Shown in pieces: positions 15,201 through 33,200 of a stretch of DNA of 64,000 bases (position 1 is its first letter; every line of letters starts with the position of its first letter). Source of the DNA: Euprymna scolopes (lineage: Eukaryota); assembly GCA_053919585.1 (NCBI GenBank), contig CM132786.1. One strand, written 5' to 3'. The notes beneath the pieces are model-generated. The model searched no databases and was not told the DNA's origin. It was given only the letters and a program-made list of their open reading frames with translations. The translations under genes and the position numbers were made by a program.

Positions 15201-18200
15201 TATTTACTTATAGAAGATATTAACTTATAGATGATATTTACTTATAGAAGATATTTACTTATAGATGATATTTACTTATAGATGATATTTACTTATAGAT
15301 GATATTTACTTATAGATAATATTTACTTATAGATAATATTTACTTATAGATGATATTTACTTATAGATGATATTTACTTATAGATGATATTTACTTATAG
15401 AAGATATTTACTTATAGATGATATTTACTTATAGATAATATTTACTTATAGAAGATAATTATTTATAGAAGATATTTACTTATAGATGATATTTACTTAT
15501 AGATAATATTTACTTATAGATAATATTTACTTATAGATAATATTTACTTATAGATAATATTTACTTATAGATGATATTTACTTATAGAAGATATTTACTT
15601 ATAGATGATATTTACTTATAGAAAATATTTACTTATAGATGATATTTACTTATAGATGATATATACTTATAGATGATATTTACTTATAGAAGATATTAAC
15701 TTATAGATGATATTTACTTATAGAAGATATTTACTTATAGAAGATATTTATTTATAGATTATATTTATTTATAGATGATATTTACTTATAGAAGATATTT
15801 ATTTATAGATGATATTTACTTATAGATGATATTTACTTATAGATGATATTTATTTATAGATGATATTTACTTATAGAAGATATTTACTTATAGAAGATAT
15901 TAATTTATAGATGATGTTTACTTATAGATAATATTTACTTATAGATGATATTTACTTATAGAAGATATTTACTTATAGATGATATTTACTTATAGATAAT
16001 ATTTACTTATAGATGATATTTACTTATAGAAGATATTTACTTATAGATGATATTTACTTATAGAAGATATTTACTTATAGAAGATATTTATTTATAGATG
16101 ATATTTATTTATAGATGATATTTACTTATAGAAGACATTTACTTATAGATGATATTTACTTATAGATGATATTTACTTATAGATGATATTTACTTATAGA
16201 TGATATTTACTTATAGATAATATTTACTTATAGATAATATTTACTTATAGATGATATTTACTTATAGATGATATTTATTTATAGATAATATTTACTTATA
16301 GATGATATTTATTTATAGAAGATATTTATTTATAGATGATATTTATTTATAGATGATATTTATTTATAGATAATATTTACTTATAGATGATATTTATTTA
16401 TAGAAGATATTTACTTATAGATGATATTTACTTATAGATGATATTTACTTATAGAAGATATTTATTTATAGAAGATATTTACTTATAGAAGATATTTACT
16501 TATAGAAGATATTTATTTATAGAAGATAGTTATTTATAGATGATATTTATTTATAGATGATATTTATTTATAGAAGATATTTACTTATATATGATATTTA
16601 TTTATAGAAGATATATACTTATAGATGATATTTATTTATAGAAGATATATAGTTATAGATGATATTTATTTATAGATGATATTTATTTATAGATAATATT
16701 TACTTAGAGAAGATATTTATTTATAGAAGATATTTATTTATAGAAGATAGTTATTTATAGAAGATATTTATTTTTAGATGATATTTATTTATAGATAATA
16801 TTTACTTATAGAAGATATTTACTTATAGATGATATTTACTTATAGATGATATTTATTTATTGATAATATTTACTTATAGAAGATATTTACTTATAGATGA
16901 TATTTATTTATAGAATATATTTATTTATAGATGATATTTATTTATAGATGATATTTACTTATAGATAATATTTACTTATAGAAGATATATACTTATAGAT
17001 GATATTTATTTATAGATGATATTTACTTATAGATAATATTTACTTATAGAAGATATTTATTTATAGATGATATTTACTTATAGATGATATTTACTTATAG
17101 ATGATATTTACTTATAGAAGATATTTACTTATAGAAGATATTTACTAATAGATGATATTTAATTATAGATGATATTTACTTATAGAAGATATTTACTTAT
17201 AGATGATATTTACTTATAGATAATATTTACTTATAGAAGATATTTACTTATAGATGATATTTATTTATAGAAGATATTTACTTATAGATGATATTTATTT
17301 ATAGAAGATATTTATCTAAAGATGATATTTATTTATAGAAGATATATACTTATAGATGATATTTACTTATAGACGATATTTACTTATAGATGATATTTAT
17401 TTATAGATGATATTTACTTATAGAAGATATGTACTTATAGAAGATATTTACTCATAGAAGATATTTACTTATAGATGATATTCATTTATAGATGATATTT
17501 ATTTATAGAAGATATATACTTATAGATGATATTTACTTATAGACGATATTTACATATAGATGATATTGATTAATAGATGATATTTACTTATAGAAGATAT
17601 TTACTTATAGAAGATATTTACTTATAGAAGATATTTACTTATAGACGATATTTACTTATAGAAGATATTTACTTATAGATAATATTTACTTATAGAAGAT
17701 ATTTACTTATAGAAGATATTTACTTATAGAAGATATTTATTTATAGAAGATATTTACTTTAAGATGATATTTACTTATAGAAGATATTTATTTATAGAAG
17801 ATATTTATTTATAGAAGATATTTATTTATAGATGATATTTATTTATAGAAGATATTTACTTATAGAAGATATTTACTTATAGATGATATTTACTTATAGA
17901 TGATATTTACTTATAGATGATATTTATTTATAGAAGATATTTACTTATAGATGATATTTACTTATAGATAATATTTACTTATAGATGATATTTACTTATA
18001 GATGATTTTTATTTATAGATGATATTTATTTATAGATGATATTTACTTATAGAAGATATTTACTTATAGATGATATTTACTTATAGAAGATATTTACTTA
18101 TAGATGATATTTACTTATAGAAGATATTTACTTATAGATGATATTTACTTATAGAAGATATTAACTTATAGATGATATTTACTTATAGAAGATATTTACT

Positions 18201-21200
18201 TATAGATGATATTTACTTATAGACGATATTTACTTATAGATGATATTTATTTATAAAAGATATTTACTTACAGATGATATTTACTTATAGATGATATTTA
18301 CTTATAGATAATATTTACTTATAGATAATATTTACTTATAGATTATATTTACTTATAGATGATATTTACTTATAGATGATATTTACTTATAGAAGATATT
18401 TACTTATAGATGATATTTACTTATAGATAATATTTACTTATAGAAGATATTTATTTATAGAAGATATTTACTTATAGATGATATTTACTTATAGATAATA
18501 TTTACTTATAGATAATATTTACTTATAGATAATATTTACTTATAGATAATATTTACTTATAGATGATATTTACTTATAGAAGATATTTACTTATAGATGA
18601 TATTTACTTATAGATGATATTTACTTATAGATGATATTTACTTATAGAAAATATTTACTTATAGATGATATTTACTTATAGATGATATTTACTTATAGAT
18701 GATATTTACTTATAGAAGATATTTACTTATAGATGATATTTACTTATAGATGATATTTACTTATAGAAGATATTTACTTATAGATGATATTTACTTATAG
18801 ATAATATTTACTTATAGATGATATTTACTTATAGAAGATATTTACTTATAGATGATATTTACTTATAGAAGATATTTACTTATAGAAGATATTTATTTAT
18901 AGATGATATTTATTTATAGATGATATTTACTTATAGAAGACATTTACTTATAGATGATATTTACTTATAGATGATATTTACTTATAGATGATATTTACTT
19001 ATAGATGATATTTACTTATAGATAATATTTACTTATAGATAATATTTACTTATAGATGATATTTACTTATAGATGATATTTATTTATAGATAATATTTAC
19101 TTATAGATGATATTTATTTATAGAAGATATTTATTTATAGATGATATTTATTTATAGATGATATTTATTTATAGATAATATTTACTTATAGATGATATTT
19201 ATTTATAGAAGATATTTACTTATAGATGATATTTACTTATAGATGATATTTACTTATAGAAGATATTTATTTATAGAAGATATTTACTTATAGAAGATAT
19301 TTACTTATAGAAGATATTTATTTATAGAAGATATTTATTTATAGAAGATAGTTATTTATAGATGATATTTATTTATAGATGATATTTATTTATAGAAGAT
19401 ATTTACTTATATGTGATATTTATTTATAGAAGATATATACTTAGAGATGATATTTATTTATAGAAGATATATAGTTATAGATGATATTTATTTATAGATG
19501 ATATTTATTTATAGATAATATTTTCTTAGAGAAGATATTTATTTATAGAAGATATTTATTTATAGAAGATAGTTATTTATAGAAGATATTTATTCATAGA
19601 TGATATTTATGTATAGATAATATTTACTTATAGATGATATTTACTTATAGATGATATTTACTTATAGATGATATTTATTTATAGATAATATTTACTTATA
19701 GAAGATATTTACTTATAGATGATATTTATTTATAGAATATATTTATTTATAGATGATATTTATTTATAGATGATATTTACTTATAGATAATATTTACTTA
19801 TAGAAGATATATACTTATAGATGATATTTATTTATAGATGATATTTACTTATAGATAATATTTACTTATAGATAATATTTACTTATAGATAATATTTACT
19901 TATAGATGATATTTACTTATAGAAGATATATACTTATAGAAGATATATACTTATAGAAGATATTTATTTATAGATGATATTTACTTATAGATGATATTTA
20001 CTTATAGATGATATTTACTTATAGAAGATATTTACTTATAGATAATATTTACTAATAGATGATATTTACTTATAGATGATATTTACTTATAGAAGATATT
20101 TACTTATAGATGATATTTACTTATAGATAATATTTACTTATAGAAGATATTTACTTATAGATGATATTTATTTATAGAAGATATTTACTTATAGATGATA
20201 TTTATTTATAGAAGATATTTATCTATAGATGATATTTATTTATAGAAGAGTTATACTTATGGATGATATTTACTTATAGACGATATTTACTTATAGATGA
20301 TATTAATTTATAGATGATATTTACTTATAGAAGATATGTACTTATAGAAGATATTTACTTATAGAAGATATTTACTTATAGATGATATTTATTTATAGAT
20401 GATATTTATTTATAGAAGATATATACTTATAGATGATATTTACTTATAGACGATATTTACTTATAGATGATATTGATTTATAGATAATATTTACTTATAG
20501 AAGATATTTACTTATAGAAGATATTTACTTATAGAAGATATTTACTTATAGACGATATTTACTTATAGAAGATATTTACTTATAGATAATATTTACTTAT
20601 AGAAGATATTTACTTAAAGAAGATATTTACTTATAGAAGATATTTATTTATAGAAGATATTTACTTTTAGATGATATTTACTTATAGAAGATATTTATTT
20701 ATAGAAGATATTTATTTATAGAAGATATTTATTTATAGATGATATTTATTTATAGAAGATATTTACTTATAGATGATATTTACTTATAGATGATATTTAC
20801 TTATAGATGATATTTATTTATAGAAGATATTTACTTATAGATTATATTTACTTATAGATAATATTTACTTATACATGATATTTACTTATAGATGATATTT
20901 ACTTATAAATGATATTTATTTATAGATGATATTTACTTATAGAAGATATTTACTTATAGATGATATTTATTTATAGAAGATATTTACTTATAGATGATAT
21001 TTACTTATAGATGATATTTACTTATAGATGATATTTACTTATAGATAATATTTACTTATAGATAATATTTACTTATAGATGATATTTACTTATAGATAAT
21101 ATTTACTTATAGACGATATTTACTTATAGATGATATTTATTTATAGAAGATATTTACTTATAGATGATATTTACTTATAGATGATATTTACTTATAGATA

Positions 21201-24200
21201 ATATTTACTTATAGATAATATTTACTTATAGATGATATTTACTTATAGATGATATTTACTTATAGATGATATTTACTTATAGAAGATATTTACTTATAGA
21301 TGATATTTACTTATAGATAATATTTACTTATAGAAGATAATTATTTATAGAAGATATTTACTTATAGATGATATTTACTTATAGATAATATTTACTTATA
21401 GATAATATTTACTTATAGATAATATTTACTTATAGATAATATTTACTTATAGATGATATTTACTTATAGAAGATATTTACTTATAGATGATATTTACTTA
21501 TAGATGATATTTACTTATAGATGATATTTACTTATAGAAAATATTTACTTATAGATGATATTTACTTATAGATGATATTTACTTATAGATGATATTTACT
21601 TATAGAAGATATTTACTTATAGATGATATTTACTTATAGAAGATATTTACTTATAGAAGATATTTATTTATAGATGATATTTATTTATAGATGATATTTA
21701 CTTATAGAAGATATTTATTTATAGATGATATTTACTTATAGATGATATTTACTTATAGATGATATTTATTTATAGATGATATTTACTTATAGAAGATATT
21801 TACTTATAGAAGATATTAATTTATAGATGATGTTTACTTATAGATAATATTTACTTATAGATGATATTTACTTATAGAAGATATTTACTTATAGATGATA
21901 TTTACTTATAGATAATATTTACTTATAGATGATATTTACTTATAGAAGATATTTACTTATAGATGACATTTACTTATAGAAGATATTTACTTATAGAAGA
22001 TATTTATTTATAGATGATATTTATTTATAGATGATATTTATATATAGAAGACATTTACTTATAGATGATATTTACTTATAGATGATATTTACTTATAGAT
22101 GATATTTACTTATAGATAATATTTACTTATAGATAATATTTACTTATAGATGATATTTACTTATAGATGATATTTATTTATAGATAATATTTACTTATAG
22201 ATGATATTTATTTATAGAAGATATTTATTTATAGATGATATTTATTTATAGATGATATTTATTTATAGATAATATTTACTTATAGATGATATTTATTTAT
22301 AGAAGATATTTACTTATAGATGATATTTACTTATAGATGATATTTACTTATAGAAGATATTTATTTATAGAAGATATTTACTTATAGAAGATATTTACTT
22401 ATAGAAGATATTTATTTATAGAAGATATTTATTTATAGAAGATAGTTATTTATAGATGATATTTATTTATAGATGATATTTATTTATAGAAGATATTTAC
22501 TTATATATGATATTTATTTATAGAAGATATATACTTATAGATGATATTTATTTATAGAAGATATATAGTTATAGATGATATTTATTTATAGATGATATTT
22601 ATGTATAGATAATATTTACTTAGAGAAGATATTTATTTATAGAAGATATTTATTTATAGAAGATAGTTATTTATAGAAGATATTTATTTTTAGATGATAT
22701 TTATTTATAGATAATATTTACTTATAGAAGATATTTACTTATAGATGATATTTACTTATAGATGATATTTATTTATTGATAATATTTACTTATAGAAGAT
22801 ATTTACTTATAGATGATATTTATTTATAGAATATATTTATTTATAGATGATATTTATTTATAGATGATATTTACTTATAGATAATATTTACTTATAGAAG
22901 ATATTTATTTATAGATGATATTTACTTATAGATGATATTTACTTATAGATGATATTTACTTATAGAAGATATTTACTTATAGAAGATATTTACTAATAGA
23001 TGATATTTAATTATAGATGATATTTACTTATAGAAGATATTTACTTATAGATGATATTTACTTATAGATAATATTTACTTATAGAAGATATTTACTTATA
23101 GATGATATTTATTTATAGAAGATATTTACTTATAGATGATATTTATTTATAGAAGATATTTATCTATAGATGATATTTATTTATAGAAGATATATACTTA
23201 TAGATGATATTTACTTATAGACGATATTTACTTATAGATGATATTTATTTATAGATGATATTTACTTATAGAAGATATGTACTTATAGAAGATATTTACT
23301 CATAGAAGATATTTACTTATAGATGATATTCATTTATAGATGATATTTATTTATAGAAGATATATACTTATAGATGATATTTACTTATAGACGATATTTA
23401 CATATAGATGATATTGATTAATAGATGATATTTACTTATAGAAGATATTTACTTATAGAAGATATTTACTTATAGAAGATATTTACTTATAGACGATATT
23501 TACTTATAGAAGATATTTACTTATAGATAATATTTACTTATAGAAGATATTTACTTATAGAAGATATTTACTTATAGAAGATATTTATTTATAGAAGATA
23601 TTTACTTTTAGATGATATTTACTTATAGAAGATATTTATTTATAGAAGATATTTATTTATAGAAGATATTTATTTATAGATGATATTTATTTATAGAAGA
23701 TATTTACTTATAGAAGATATTTACTTATAGATGATATTTACTTATAGATGATATTTACTTATAGATGATATTTATTTATAGAAGATATTTACTTATAGAT
23801 GATATTTACTTATAGATAATATTTACTTATAGATGATATTTACTTATAGATGATTTTTATTTATAGATGATATTTATTTATAGATGATATTTACTTATAG
23901 AAGATATTTACTTATAGATGATATTTACTTATAGATAATATTTACTTATAGAAGATATTTATTTATAGATGATATTTATTTATAGATGATATTTACTTAT
24001 AGAAGATATTTACTTATAGAAGATATTTACTTATAGAAGATATTTACTCATAGATAATATTTACTTATAGAAGATATTTACTTATAGAAGATATTTACTT
24101 ATAGAAGATATTTATTTATAGAAGATATTTTCTTTTAGATGATATTTACTTATAGAAGATATTTATTTATAGAAGATATTTATTTATAGAAGATATTTAC

Positions 24201-27200
24201 TTATAGATGATATTTACTTATAGATGATATTTACTTATAGATGATATATATTTATAGAAGATATTTACTTGTAGATGATATTTACTTATAGAAGATATTT
24301 ACTTATAGATGATATTTACCTATAGATGATATTTATTTATAGAAGATATTTACTTATAGATGATATTTACTTATAGATGATATTTACTTATAGATGATAT
24401 TTACTTATAGATGATATTTACTTATAGATAATATTTACTTATAGATAATATTTACTTATAGATGATATTTACTTATAGATAATATTTACTTATAGATGAT
24501 ATTTACTTATAGATGATATTTATTTATAGAAGATATTTACTTATAGATGATATTTACTTATAGATGATATTTACTTATAGATAATATTTACTTATAGATA
24601 ATATTTACTTATAGATGATATTTACTTATAGATGATATTTATTTATAGAAGATATTTACTTATAGATGATATTTACTTATAGAAGATATTTACTTATAGA
24701 TGATATTTACTTATAGATAATATTTACTTATAGAAGATATTTATTTATAGAAGATATTTACTTATAGATGATATTTACTTATAGATAATATTATCTTATA
24801 GATGATATTTACTTATAGAAGATATTTACTTATAGATGATATTTACTTATAGATGATATTTACTTATAGAAGATATTTACTTATAGAAAATATTTACTTA
24901 TAGATGATATTTACTTATAGATGATATTTACTTATAGATGATATTTACTTATAGAAGATATTTACTTATAGATGATATTTACTTATAGAAGATATTTACT
25001 TATAGAAGATATTTTTTTATAGATGATATTTATTTATAGATGATATTTACTTATAGAAGATATTTATTTATAGATGATATTTATTTATAGATGATATTTA
25101 CTTATAGATGATATTTATTTATAGATGATATTTATTTATAGATGATATTTACTTATAGAAGATATTTACTTATAGAAGATATTTATTTATAGATGATATT
25201 TACTTATAGATGATATTTACTTATAGATGATATTTATTTATAGATGATATTTACTTATAGAAGATATTTACTTATAGAAGATATTTATTTATAGATGATA
25301 TTTACTTATAGAAGATATTTACTTATAGATGATATTTACTTATAGATAATATTTACTTATAGATGATATTTACTTATAGATGATATTTACTTATAGAAGA
25401 TATTTACTTATAGATGATATTTATTTATAGAAGATATATAGTTATAGATGATATTTATTTATAGATGATATTTATTTATAGATAATATTTACTTATAGAA
25501 GATATTTACTTATAGATGATATTTACTTATGTATGATATTTATTTATAGATAATATTTACTTATAGAAGATATTTACTTATAGATGATATTTATTTATAG
25601 AAGATATTTATTTATAGATGATATTTATTTATAGATGATATTTACTTATAGATAACATTTACTTATAGAAGATATATACTTATAGATGATATTTATTTAT
25701 AGATGATATTTACTTATAGATAATATTTACTTATAGATAATATTTACTTATAGAAGATATTTATTTATAGATGATATTTACTTATAGATGATATTTACTT
25801 ATAGATGATATTTATTTATAGAAGATATTTACTTATAGATGATATTTACTTATAGATGATATTTACTTATAGATGATATTTACTTATAGAAGATATTTAC
25901 TGATAGATAATATTTACTTATAGAAGATATTTACTTATAGAAGATATTTACTAATAGATGATATTTACTTATAGATGATATTTACTTATAGAAGATATTT
26001 ACTTATAGATGATATTTACTTATAGATGATATTTACTTATAGATAATATTTACTTATAGATGATATTTACTTATAGATGATATTTACTTATAGAAGATAT
26101 TTACTTATAGAAGATATTTACTAATAGATGATATTTACTTATAGATGATATTTACTTATAGAAGATATTTACTTATAGATGATATTTACTTATAGATAAT
26201 ATTTACTTATAGAAGATATTTACTTATAGATGATATTTATTTATAGAAGATATTTACTTATAGATGATATTTATTTATAGAAGATATTTATCTATAGATG
26301 ATATTTATTTATAGAAGATATATACTTATAGATGATATTTACTTATAGACGATATTTACTTATAGATAATATTTACTTATAGATGATATTTATTTATAGA
26401 TGATATTTACTTATAGATAATATTTACTTATAGATGATATTTATTTATAGATGATATTTACTAATAGAAGATATTTACTTATAGAAGATATTTACTTATA
26501 GAAGATATTTACTTATAGATGATATTTATTTATAGATGATATTTATTCATAGAAGATATATACTTATAGATGATATTTACTTATAGACGATATTTACTTA
26601 TAGATGATATTGATTTATAGATGATATTTACTTATAGAAGATATTTACTTATAGAAGATATTTACTTATAGAAGATATTTACTTATAGACGATATTTACT
26701 TATAGAAGATATTTACTTATAGATAATATTTACTTATAGAAGATATTTACTTATAGAAAATATTTACTTATAGAAGATATTTATTTATAGAAGATATTTA
26801 CTTTTAGATGATATTTACTTATAGAAGATATTTATTTATAGAAGATATTTATTTATAGAAGATATTTATTTATAGATGATATTTATTTATAGAAGATATT
26901 TACTTATAGAAGATATTTACTTATAGATGATATTTACTTATAGATGATATTTACTTATAGATGATATTTATTTATAGAAGATATTTACTTATAGATGATA
27001 TTTACTTATAGATGATATTTACTTATAGATGATATTTACTTATAGATGATATTTACTTATAGATGATATTTATTTATAGATGATATTTACTTATAGAAGA
27101 TATTTACTTATAGATGATATTTACTTATAGATAATATTTACTTATAGATGATATTTACTTATAGATAATATTTACTTATAGAAGATATTTATTTATAGAT

Positions 27201-30200
27201 GATATTTATTTATAGATGATATTTACTTATAGAAGATATTTACTCATAGAAGATATTTACTTATAGAAGATATTTACTTATAGATAATATTTACTTATAG
27301 AAGATATTTACTTATAGAAGATATTTACTTATAGAAGATATTTATTTATAGAAGATATTTTCTTTTAGATGATATTTACTTATAGAAGATATTTATTTAT
27401 AGAAGATATTTATTTATAGAAGATATTTATTTATAGATGATATTTATTTATAGAAGATATTTACTTATAGAAGATATTTACTTATAGATGATATTTACTT
27501 ATAGATGATATTTACTTATAGATGATATTTATTTATAGAAGATATTTACTTATAGATGATATTTACTTATAGATAATATTTACTTATAGATGATATTTAC
27601 TTATAGATGATATTTACTTATAGATAATATTTACTTATAGATGATATTTACTTATAGATGATATTTACTTATAGATGATATTTACTTATAGAAGATATTT
27701 ACTTATAGATAATATTTACTTATAGATGATCTTTACTTATAGATGATATTTACTTATAGATGAAATTTATTTATAGAAGATATTTACTTATAGATGATAG
27801 TTACTTATAGAAGATATTTACTCATAGATGATATTTACTTATAGAAGATATTTACTTATAGAAGATATTTACTTATAGAAGATATTTACTTATAGAAGAT
27901 ATTTACTTATAGATGATATTTACTTATAGAAGATATTTACTTATAGATGATATTTACTTATAGAAGATATTTACTTATAGATGATATTTACTTATAGAAG
28001 ATATTAACTTATAGATGATATTTACTTATAGATGATATTTACTTATAGATGATATTTACTTATAGATAATATTTATTTATAGATGATATTTATTTATAGA
28101 TGATATTTACTTATAGAAGATATTTACTTATAGAAGATATTTACTTATAGAAGATATTTACTTATAGAAGATATTTACTTATAGATGATATTTACTTATA
28201 GATGATATTTACTTATAGAAGATATTTACTTATAGATGATATTTATTTATATATGATATTTACTTATAGCAGATATTTACTTATAGGTTATATTTACTTA
28301 TAGATGATATTTACTTATAGATGATATTTACTTATAGATAATATTTATTTATAGATGATATTTATTTATAGATGATATTTACTTATAGAAGATATTTACT
28401 TATAGATGATATTTACTTATAGATGATATTTACTTATAGATGATATTTACTTATAGATGATATTTACTTATAGATGATATTTACTTATAGATAATATTTA
28501 CTTATAGATAATATTTACTTATAGATGATATTTACTTATAGATGATATTTACTTATAGATAATATTTACTTATAGAAGATATATACTTATAGATGATATT
28601 TATTTATAGATGATATTTACTTATAGATAATATTTACTTATAGATAATATTTACTTATAGAAGATATTTATTTATAGAAGATATTTATTTATAGATTATA
28701 TTTATTTATAGATGATATTTACTTATAGATAACATTTACTTATAGAAGATATATACTTATAGATGATATTTATTTATAGATGATATTTACTTATAGATAA
28801 TATTTACTTATAGATAATATTTACTTATAGAAGATATTTATTTGTAGATGATATTTACTTATAGATGATATTTACTTATAGATGATATTTATTTATAGAA
28901 GATATTTACTTATAGATGATATTTACTTATAGATGATATTTACTTATAGATGATATTTACTCATAGAAGATATTTACTTATAGATGATATTTACTTATAG
29001 ATAATATTTACTTATAGAAGATATTTACTTATAGATGATATTTATTTATAGAAGATATATACTTATAGATGATATTTACTTATAGATGATATTTACTTAT
29101 AGAAGATATTTACTTATAGAAGATATTTACTAATAGATGATATTTACTTATAGATGATATTTACTTATAGAAGATATTTACTTATAGATGATATTTACTT
29201 ATAGATAATATTTACTTATAGAAGATATTTACTTATAGATGATATTTATGTATAGAAGATATTTACTTATAGATGATATTTATTTATAGAAGATATTTAT
29301 CTATAGATGATATTTATTTATAGAAGATATATACTTATAGATGATATTTACTTATAGACGATATTTACTTATAGATGATATTTATTTATAGATGATATTT
29401 ACTTATAGAAGATATTTACTTATAGAAGATATTTACTTATAGAAGATATTTACTTATAGATGATATTTATTTATAGATGATATTTATTCATAGAAGATAT
29501 ATACTTATAGATGATATTTACTTATAGACGATATTTACTTATAGATGATATTTATTTATAGATGATATTTACTTATAGAAGATATTTACTTATAGAAGAT
29601 ATTTACTTATAGAAGATATTTACTTATAGACGATATTTACTTATAGAAGATATTTACTTATAGATAATATTTACTTATAGAAGATATTTACTTATAGAAA
29701 ATATTTACTTATAGAAGATATTTATTTATAGAAGATATTTACTTTTAGATGATATTTACTTATAGAAGATATTTATTTATAGAAGATATTTATTTATAGA
29801 AGATATTTATTTATAGATGATATTTATTTATAGAAGATATTTACTTATAGAAGATATTTACTTATAGATGATATTTACTTATAGATGATATTTATTTATA
29901 GAAGATATTTACTTATAGATGATATTTACTTATAGATAATATTTACTTATAGATGATATTTACTTATAGATGATATTTACTTATAGATGATATTTACTTA
30001 TAGATAATATTTACTTATAGAAGATATTTATTTATAGATGATATTTATTTATAGATGATATTTACTTATAGAAGATATTTACTCATAGAAGATATTTACT
30101 TATAGAAGATATTTACTTATAGAAAATATTTACTTATAGAAGATATTTACTTATAGAAGATATTTACTTATAGAAGATATTTATTTATAGAAGATATTTT

Positions 30201-33200
30201 CTTTTAGATGATATTTACTTATAGAAGATATTTATTTATAGAAGATATTTATTTATAGAAGATATTTATTTATAGATGATATTTATTTATAGAAGATATT
30301 TACTTATAGAAGATATTTACTTATAGATGATATTTACTTATAGATGATATTTACTTATAGATGATATTTATTTATAGAAGATATTTACTTATAGATGATA
30401 TTTACTTATAGATAATATTTACTTATAGATGATATTTACTTATAGATGATATTTACTTATAGATAATATTTACTTATAGATGATATTTATTTATAGATGA
30501 TATTTACTTATAGATGATATTTACTTATAGAAGATATTTACTTATAGATAATATTTACTTATAGATGATCTTTACTTATAGATGATATTTACTTATAGAT
30601 GAAATTTATTTATAGAAGATATTTACTTATAGATGATAGTTACTAAGAGAAGATATTTACTCATAGATGATATTTACTTATAGAAGATATTTACTTATAG
30701 AAGATATTTACTTATAGAAGATATTTACTTATAGAAGATATTTACTTATAGATGATATTTACTTATAGAAGATATTTACTTATAGATGATATTTACTTAT
30801 AGAAGATATTTACTTATAGATTATATTTACTTATAGAAGATATTTACTTATAGATGATATTTACTTATAGATGATATTTACTTATAGATGATATTTACTT
30901 ATAGATGATATTTACTTATAGATGATATTTATTTATAGATGATATTTACTCATAGAAGATATTTACTTATAGAAGATATTTATATATAGAAGATATTTAC
31001 TTATAGATGATATTTATTTATATATGATATTAACTTATAGCAGATATTTACTTATAGAAGATATTTACTTATAGATGATATTTACTTATAGATGATATTT
31101 ACTTATAGATGATATTTACTTATAGATGATATTTACTTATAGATGATATTTACTTATAGATAATATTAACTTATAGATAATATTTACTTATAGATGATAT
31201 TTACTTATAGATGATATTTACTTATAGATAATATTTACTTATAGATAATATTTATTTATAGATGATATTTATTCATAGATGATATTTACTTATAGATAAT
31301 ATTTATTTATAGATGATATTTACTTATAGATAATATTTATTTATAGATGGTATTTATTTATAGATGATATTTACTTATAGATAATATTTATTTATAGATA
31401 ATATTTACTTATAGATAATATTTACTTATAGATAATATTTATTTATAGATGGTATTTATTTATAGATGATATTTACTTATAGATGATATTTACTTATAGA
31501 TAATATTTACTTATAGATAATATTTATTTATAGATGGTATTTATTTATAGATGATATTTACTGATAGATGATATTTACTTATAGATGATATTTACTTATA
31601 GATGATATTTACTTATAGATAATATGTACTTATAGATAATATTTACTTATAGATGATATTTACTTATAGATGATATTTACTTATAGAAGATATTTATTTA
31701 TAGATGATATTTACTTATAGAAGATATTTATTTATAGAAGATATTTACTTATAGATGATATTTACTTATAGATAATATTTACTTATAGATAATATTTACT
31801 TATAGAAAATATTTACTTATAGATAATATTTACTTATAGATAATATTTACTTATAGATGATATTTACTTATAGAAGATATTTACTTATAGATGATATTTA
31901 CTTATAGATGATATTTACTTATAGATAATATTTACTTATAGATAATATTTACTTATAGATGATATTTATTTATAGAAGATATTTACTTATAGATGATATT
32001 TAATTATAGAAGATATTTACTTATAGATGATATTTACTTATAGAAGATATTTACTTATAGATGATATTTACTTATAGATTATATTTACTTATAGATGATA
32101 TTTACTTATAGAAGATATTTACTTATAGATGATATTTACTTATAGATGATATTTACTTATAGATGATATTTACTTATAGAAGATATTTATTTATAGATGA
32201 TATTTATTTATAGATGATATTTACTTATAGAAGATATTTACTTATAGATGATATTTACTTATAGATAATATTTACTTATAGATGATATTTACTTATAGAA
32301 GATATTTACTTATAGATGATATTTACTTATAGATAATATTTACTTATAGATGATATTTACTTATAGAAGATATTTACTTATAGAAGATATTTACTTATAG
32401 AAGATATTTACTTATAGAAGATATTTACTTATAGATGATATTTACTTATAGAAGATATTAACTTATAGATGATATTTACTTATAGAAGATATTTACTTAT
32501 AGATGATATTTACTTATAGAAGATATTTACTTATAGATGATATTTACTTATAGAAGATATTTACTTATAGATGATATTTACTTATAGATGATATTTACTT
32601 ATAGATGATATTTACTTATAGATAATATTTATTTATAGATGATATTTATTTATAGATGATATTTACTTATAGAAGATATTTACTTATAGAAGATATTTAC
32701 TTATAGAAGATATTTACTTATAGATGATATTTATTTATAGATGATATTTACTTATAGAAGATATTTAGGTATAGATGATATTTACTTATAGATGATATTT
32801 ACTTATAGATGATATTTACTTATAGATAATATTTACTTATAGATAATATTTATTTATAGAGGATATTTATTTATAGATGATATTTACTTATAGAAGATAT
32901 TTACTTATAGATGATATTTACTTATAGATGATATTTACTTATAGATGATATTTACTTATAGATAATATTTACTTATAGATAATATTTACTTATAGATGAT
33001 ATTTACTTATAGATCATATTTACTTACAGATCATATTTACTTATAGATAATATTTACTTATAGATGATATTTACTTATAGATGATATTTATTAATAGAAG
33101 ATATTTACTTATAGATGATATTTACTTATAGATGATATTTACTTATAGATAATATTTACTTATAGATAATATTTACTTATAGAAGATATTTATTTATAGA

